Below, piece by piece: positions 9,255 through 12,460 of a stretch of 12,460 bases of DNA. Within the stretch, counting starts at the first letter, position 1. Every line of letters starts with the position of its first letter. The translations under genes were made by a program, and so were the position numbers. The DNA is from Octopus sinensis (Eukaryota): NCBI RefSeq assembly GCF_006345805.1, contig NW_021826615.1:1-12460 (forward strand), given 5' to 3'. The notes under the pieces are model-generated. The model did not search any database, was not told the origin of the DNA, and saw nothing but the letters and a program-made list of their open reading frames with translations.

Positions 9255-9508
9255 ATAAACATATATATATATATGTAGATATATATATATCTTATATATA
9301 TATATATATTATGCATGTATTATACATAATAGGTATAGAGTTGTGTGTGTGTGTGTATATATATACATAAATATATATATATGCCATATATACATATATA
9401 TATATACATATATATATGTATATATATATATATATATCTGTATATAATATACATATCTGTATATATACATACATATCTGTATATATACATACATATCTGT
9501 ATATATAT

Positions 9509-9567
<59 letters not shown>

Positions 9568-9995
9568 TATACATACATATATGTATTCAATATATATGCG
9601 TATGTATGTGTATGTATGCACTCTCTGCACACAAATTGAAATAAAAGCCATTTGTTTACAGAACAAGGAAAATTTCGTCGAGATAATTTGGAAGTTCAGT
9701 GAGTGCATCTGCAGTGTCTCTGTTTTTCTCACACAGAACACTCATACACACACACACACAGAACACACTTTAATACACACACATATACACACACAACACA
9801 CCTTAATACACACACACATATACACACACACACACACACACTGATAGATTCATAAGTGGACAGACCGAGACGCAGATAAACTTTCACTCAAACTGAGAGA
9901 GAAAGGGGGGAGAGAAAGAGATAGAGAGAGAAGGAGGGAGGGAGAAAGAGAGACAGAATGAGAAGGAAACAGATAGGCATGTCGACAGACAGACA
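9140..9995. repeat. Compound low-complexity block: (TA)n with a ~20-bp unit (ATACATACATATCTGTATAT), (CA)n with a duplicated TTAATACACACACATATACACACA unit, GA-rich tract
   Basis: Directly visible at 9140-9610, 9743-9841 and 9894-9995. Confidence 0.9.
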
Positions 9996-10029
9996 GAAAT
10001 ACCGATAAGTATATATATATATATATATA

Positions 10030-10419
10030 CTAGCAGTATCGCCCGGCGTTGCTCGGGTTTGTAAGGGAAATAACTATATAAGCATTTTTAGAGTTATAGC
10101 AAAAAAATAGCAAAAAAATGCATTAAAAATGGAAAAAATATGATGGTAAATTTTTTTTAAATCGTCGACTCATCGTAGACATTTTTAGAGAGTTACTTCC
10201 CTTATATAATAGCGAAAAAATGCATTAAAATGGGGAAAAATGATGGTAAATTATTTTTTAAATCGTAGACTCATCGTAGACGCGCGCTAATACCCAGAAG
10301 GGCTCGATATGAATCATGACTATAAGATGCCCGGTTTTGGTTAAACTGCACCGCAAAATGTGGGAGTAGTTAGGAATCTAAATCGTAGGAGACAGACACA
10401 CAACTTCACTTTTATATAT

Positions 10420-10424
<5 letters not shown>
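10030..10424 (-). mobile_element. Complete short non-autonomous Helitron-type element, 395 bp
   Basis: Minus strand A|TC start at 10424 (TCTTTATATATAAAAGTGAAGTTGTGTGTCTGTC), hairpin CCCGAGCAACGCCGGG (10042-10057), 8 nt, CTAG|T at 10030; internal ~100-bp tandem duplication (10083-10281); no TSD. Confidence 0.85.
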
Positions 10425-10492
<68 letters not shown>

Positions 10493-10530
10493 CGGACAAA
10501 CGGACAGACAGACAGACAGAAAGACAGATA
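10423..10530. repeat. (GATA)17 followed by degenerate (GACA)n
   Basis: GATA runs 10423-10490. Confidence 0.97.
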
Positions 10531-10584
10531 GAGTGCGCGTGATCGTCGAACCAGTTCTACAAATAGTGTCTACTGACCAATGGA

Positions 10585-10960
10585 TGAGGCCGCCCCGGGG
10601 TCACTCAACCTGCTAGAAATAACAACCATGTCTCATACAAACGATAATCTGCAATCTTAAAAGCAATGCATCGTAAGATGTGATCCCGATGGTCATGGTG
10701 GGAACAGTTTTGATCATAGAACAACATCGAAATTGTGCTGGTCAGTTTGGGTTTGTCAGAAATGACAATGTTATTCGAGAAATGAGTTAGGGTGAGCGAC
10801 AATAACAAAAGTAACAAGAACGATAACAACAACAACAACAACAACCACACCAAGAATAACAACAATAGCAACACAATAACAGCAAGAAGAAAAGCAACAA
10901 TTATGTCAACCATAACAATAAAAAATAATAACAACTGCAAGAGCAATATTAACAACAACA
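10585..10960 (+). mobile_element. Old repeat remnant related to 8692-8932, with a degenerate (AAC)n tail
   Basis: Motif sharing as noted for 8692-8932; tail 10800-10960. Confidence 0.4.
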
Positions 10961-10969
10961 AAAGCAATT

Positions 10970-11154
10970 CAGTTCTATATTTAAGAGATGAAGAATTATT
11001 TACATTATTTACATTATTTACAATTGACGTATATTTGTCCTCATCTTGTTTGTTGTTAACACAACATTTTGGCTGATATACCCTTCAGCCTTCATCGGGT
11101 GTCTTGGTGATATTTCGAACCTGGGTTCTCATTCCTAAGGTATTTTTCGATGTT
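10970..11154 (-). mobile_element. Small non-coding element with a Penelope-like (PLE) hammerhead-bearing end
   Basis: Minus strand: B-box-like GGTTCGAAAT, then a hammerhead-like motif, then three copies of TGTAAATAA (10996-11022). Minimal hammerheads are an established feature of PLE termini. Confidence 0.6.
11058..11103 (-). ncRNA. Decayed minimal type I hammerhead ribozyme motif
   Basis: GACAC (stem I) - CCGAUGA (for CUGAnGA) - A - GGCUGA/agggUAUA/UCAGCC (6-bp stem II) - AAAA (for GAAA) - UGU (for palindromic ACGU stem III) - U - GUGUU (stem I partner). Confidence 0.7.
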
Positions 11155-11175
11155 TTATTATTATTATTATTATTA

Positions 11176-12199
11176 CTTTTTTTTTTCTTCTTTCAAATTT
11201 TCTTCCATTTCTTGCCGAGGTCTTCCCGACTCCTAGGGCAAAGAAACTCATAGTGTATATTGGTAGGCCATTAAACCAAACTCAGTAGTTCGTTCATTTT
11301 TTTTTTTTTTTTTTTAAAGTTAATTAAAATACATGAGCAGCAACAGTTCTCACATCGACAATGCTCTTCTCAATACGTGTGATGTACCAGTTAAGACAAT
11401 CTTTTGCACTTCTTGCAGGGATGGTAAGCCAGGGATCATTCTAATATAATTTTCGGTTCCCTTCTTGATCATTCCTAGTGCTCCTACGATCACTGGTATT
11501 GTAACCGCCTTGAGATGCCACATTTCTCAATTTCATTGAATAGGTCTTTATATTTCTGAGCTTGTCAAACTCTTTCGCTGAGATTTATGATCACAGGGGA
11601 TGCTCATCTCGATCAATAAGCAAACTTTATTGTTTTGGTCTTTCACAACAATATCTGGTTTATTGGCCTTGATGGTTCGGTCTGTATGTACTGGAAAGTC
11701 CCACAGAATGGTTACATTTTCTCCTTCAGTTACAGCCTCAGGGTGGTGATTATACCACTTGTCGGCAGTTTTGATATGTAATGCCGACTTATTAGCCAGT
11801 GGAGATATTGGCCAACTCTGTCATGTCTTAATTTATACTCCACTGGTGCTAAGACTTTATATCCAGAGATTAGGTGGTCCACTGTTTCAATCATGTCGTT
11901 GCAGAATCGGCATTTTGGTCTGCTCCATTTTTCATCACATTGGCCTGGTAGTTCCGGGTTGATAGGCTTGGTCTTGAGCAGCCAGGATGAAACCTTCGCT
12001 CTCTGCTTTTAGCCCTGAGCTCCGCAGCCACTGATGGGTTTGCTTCTGGTCAACATCAGCTTGTTTGCTGCGGGTCACATATTTGCCGTGCAGAGGTTTC
12101 TCCTCCCACCTATCAGCCAATTGCTCGTGCGCTTTTTTCTTGCCATCATTTTCACCTTCTTTGCAACAATAGTTGCCGTACTTCCCTCGGGTTGTTCAG
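11176..12199 (-). mobile_element. 5'-truncated R4/Dong-type non-LTR retrotransposon (C-terminal CCHC + restriction-like endonuclease, 3' UTR)
   Basis: WEEKPLHGKY...WLRSSGLKAESEGFILAAQDQ...CRFCNDMIETVDHLISGY...RHDRV...WYNHHPEAV...ILWDFPVHTDRTIKANKPDIVV...LIEMSIP...KYKDL...PVIVGALG...LRRALSM* (stop 11350-11352). (TAA)n on both sides (11155-11175 and 12200-12287). Confidence 0.9.
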
Positions 12200-12256
<57 letters not shown>

Positions 12257-12287
12257 ATTATTATTATTATCAATTATTATTATTATT
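12200..12287. repeat. (TAT)n/(TAA)n microsatellite
   Basis: Directly visible. Confidence 0.98.
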
Positions 12288-12460
12288 GAGTGAGAAGAAC
12301 AGTGCATGCCATCAAAGTGACACTGGGTAAATATTCAAAGCCCGGTATACCATCATGACCACCCTCTGATAAGGGTACACCAGGCACATGCATCACTACC
12401 ATATGTGCGCGACGTGGTGATCTCATATCAAGATAAACAGCACATGACCTTGCAGGTGGG
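12288..12460 (-). mobile_element. Probable 3' UTR of another (TAA)-tailed non-LTR element, running off the window
   Basis: Complex sequence ends abruptly on the minus strand as ...GCATGCACTGTTCTTCTCACTC-(AAT)n; resembles a common octopod repeat as I recall it, unverified. Confidence 0.4.

Noticed and set aside
838-9844. Many YI/YY/TH/SL-repeat ORFs, including the 251-aa ORF at 8191-8946
   Set aside because: They are translations of stop-free microsatellites and SINE sequence, with no protein motifs.
10605-11076. Poly-Leu and poly-Asn ORFs
   Set aside because: Both strands of the (AAC)n tail.
11759-12330. Plus-strand ORFs 11759-11962 and 12034-12330
   Set aside because: Antisense shadows of the R4/Dong-type ORF plus (TAT)n.

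Overview
AT-rich, microsatellite-dense eukaryotic DNA with no recognisable host exon; identifiable content is transposon-derived. The repeat families look like those of octopod cephalopods (my pattern recognition, not a database result). Contents by hand reading: (i) a 253-bp tail-less RTE-clade LINE fragment with a 21-bp target-site duplication (TSD); (ii) three non-autonomous Helitron-type ends or elements sharing a CTAG + 8 nt + hairpin terminus, one extended into a 41-nt palindrome; (iii) a decayed RTE-clade LINE (RT domains to a C-terminal C2H2 finger) split by a full-length tRNA-derived SINE with an 11-bp TSD; (iv) several copies of two other tRNA-derived SINE families, including an inverted pair and a chimera; (v) a small element carrying a decayed minimal type I hammerhead ribozyme motif of the Penelope-like (PLE) kind; (vi) a 5'-truncated R4/Dong-type LINE (CCHC + PD..D/E..K endonuclease) between two (TAA)n tracts, whose seven frameshifts are all single-base deletions. 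Most ORFs in the supplied track are microsatellite or antisense artefacts. All alignments are by eye, and boundaries without TSDs are approximate.
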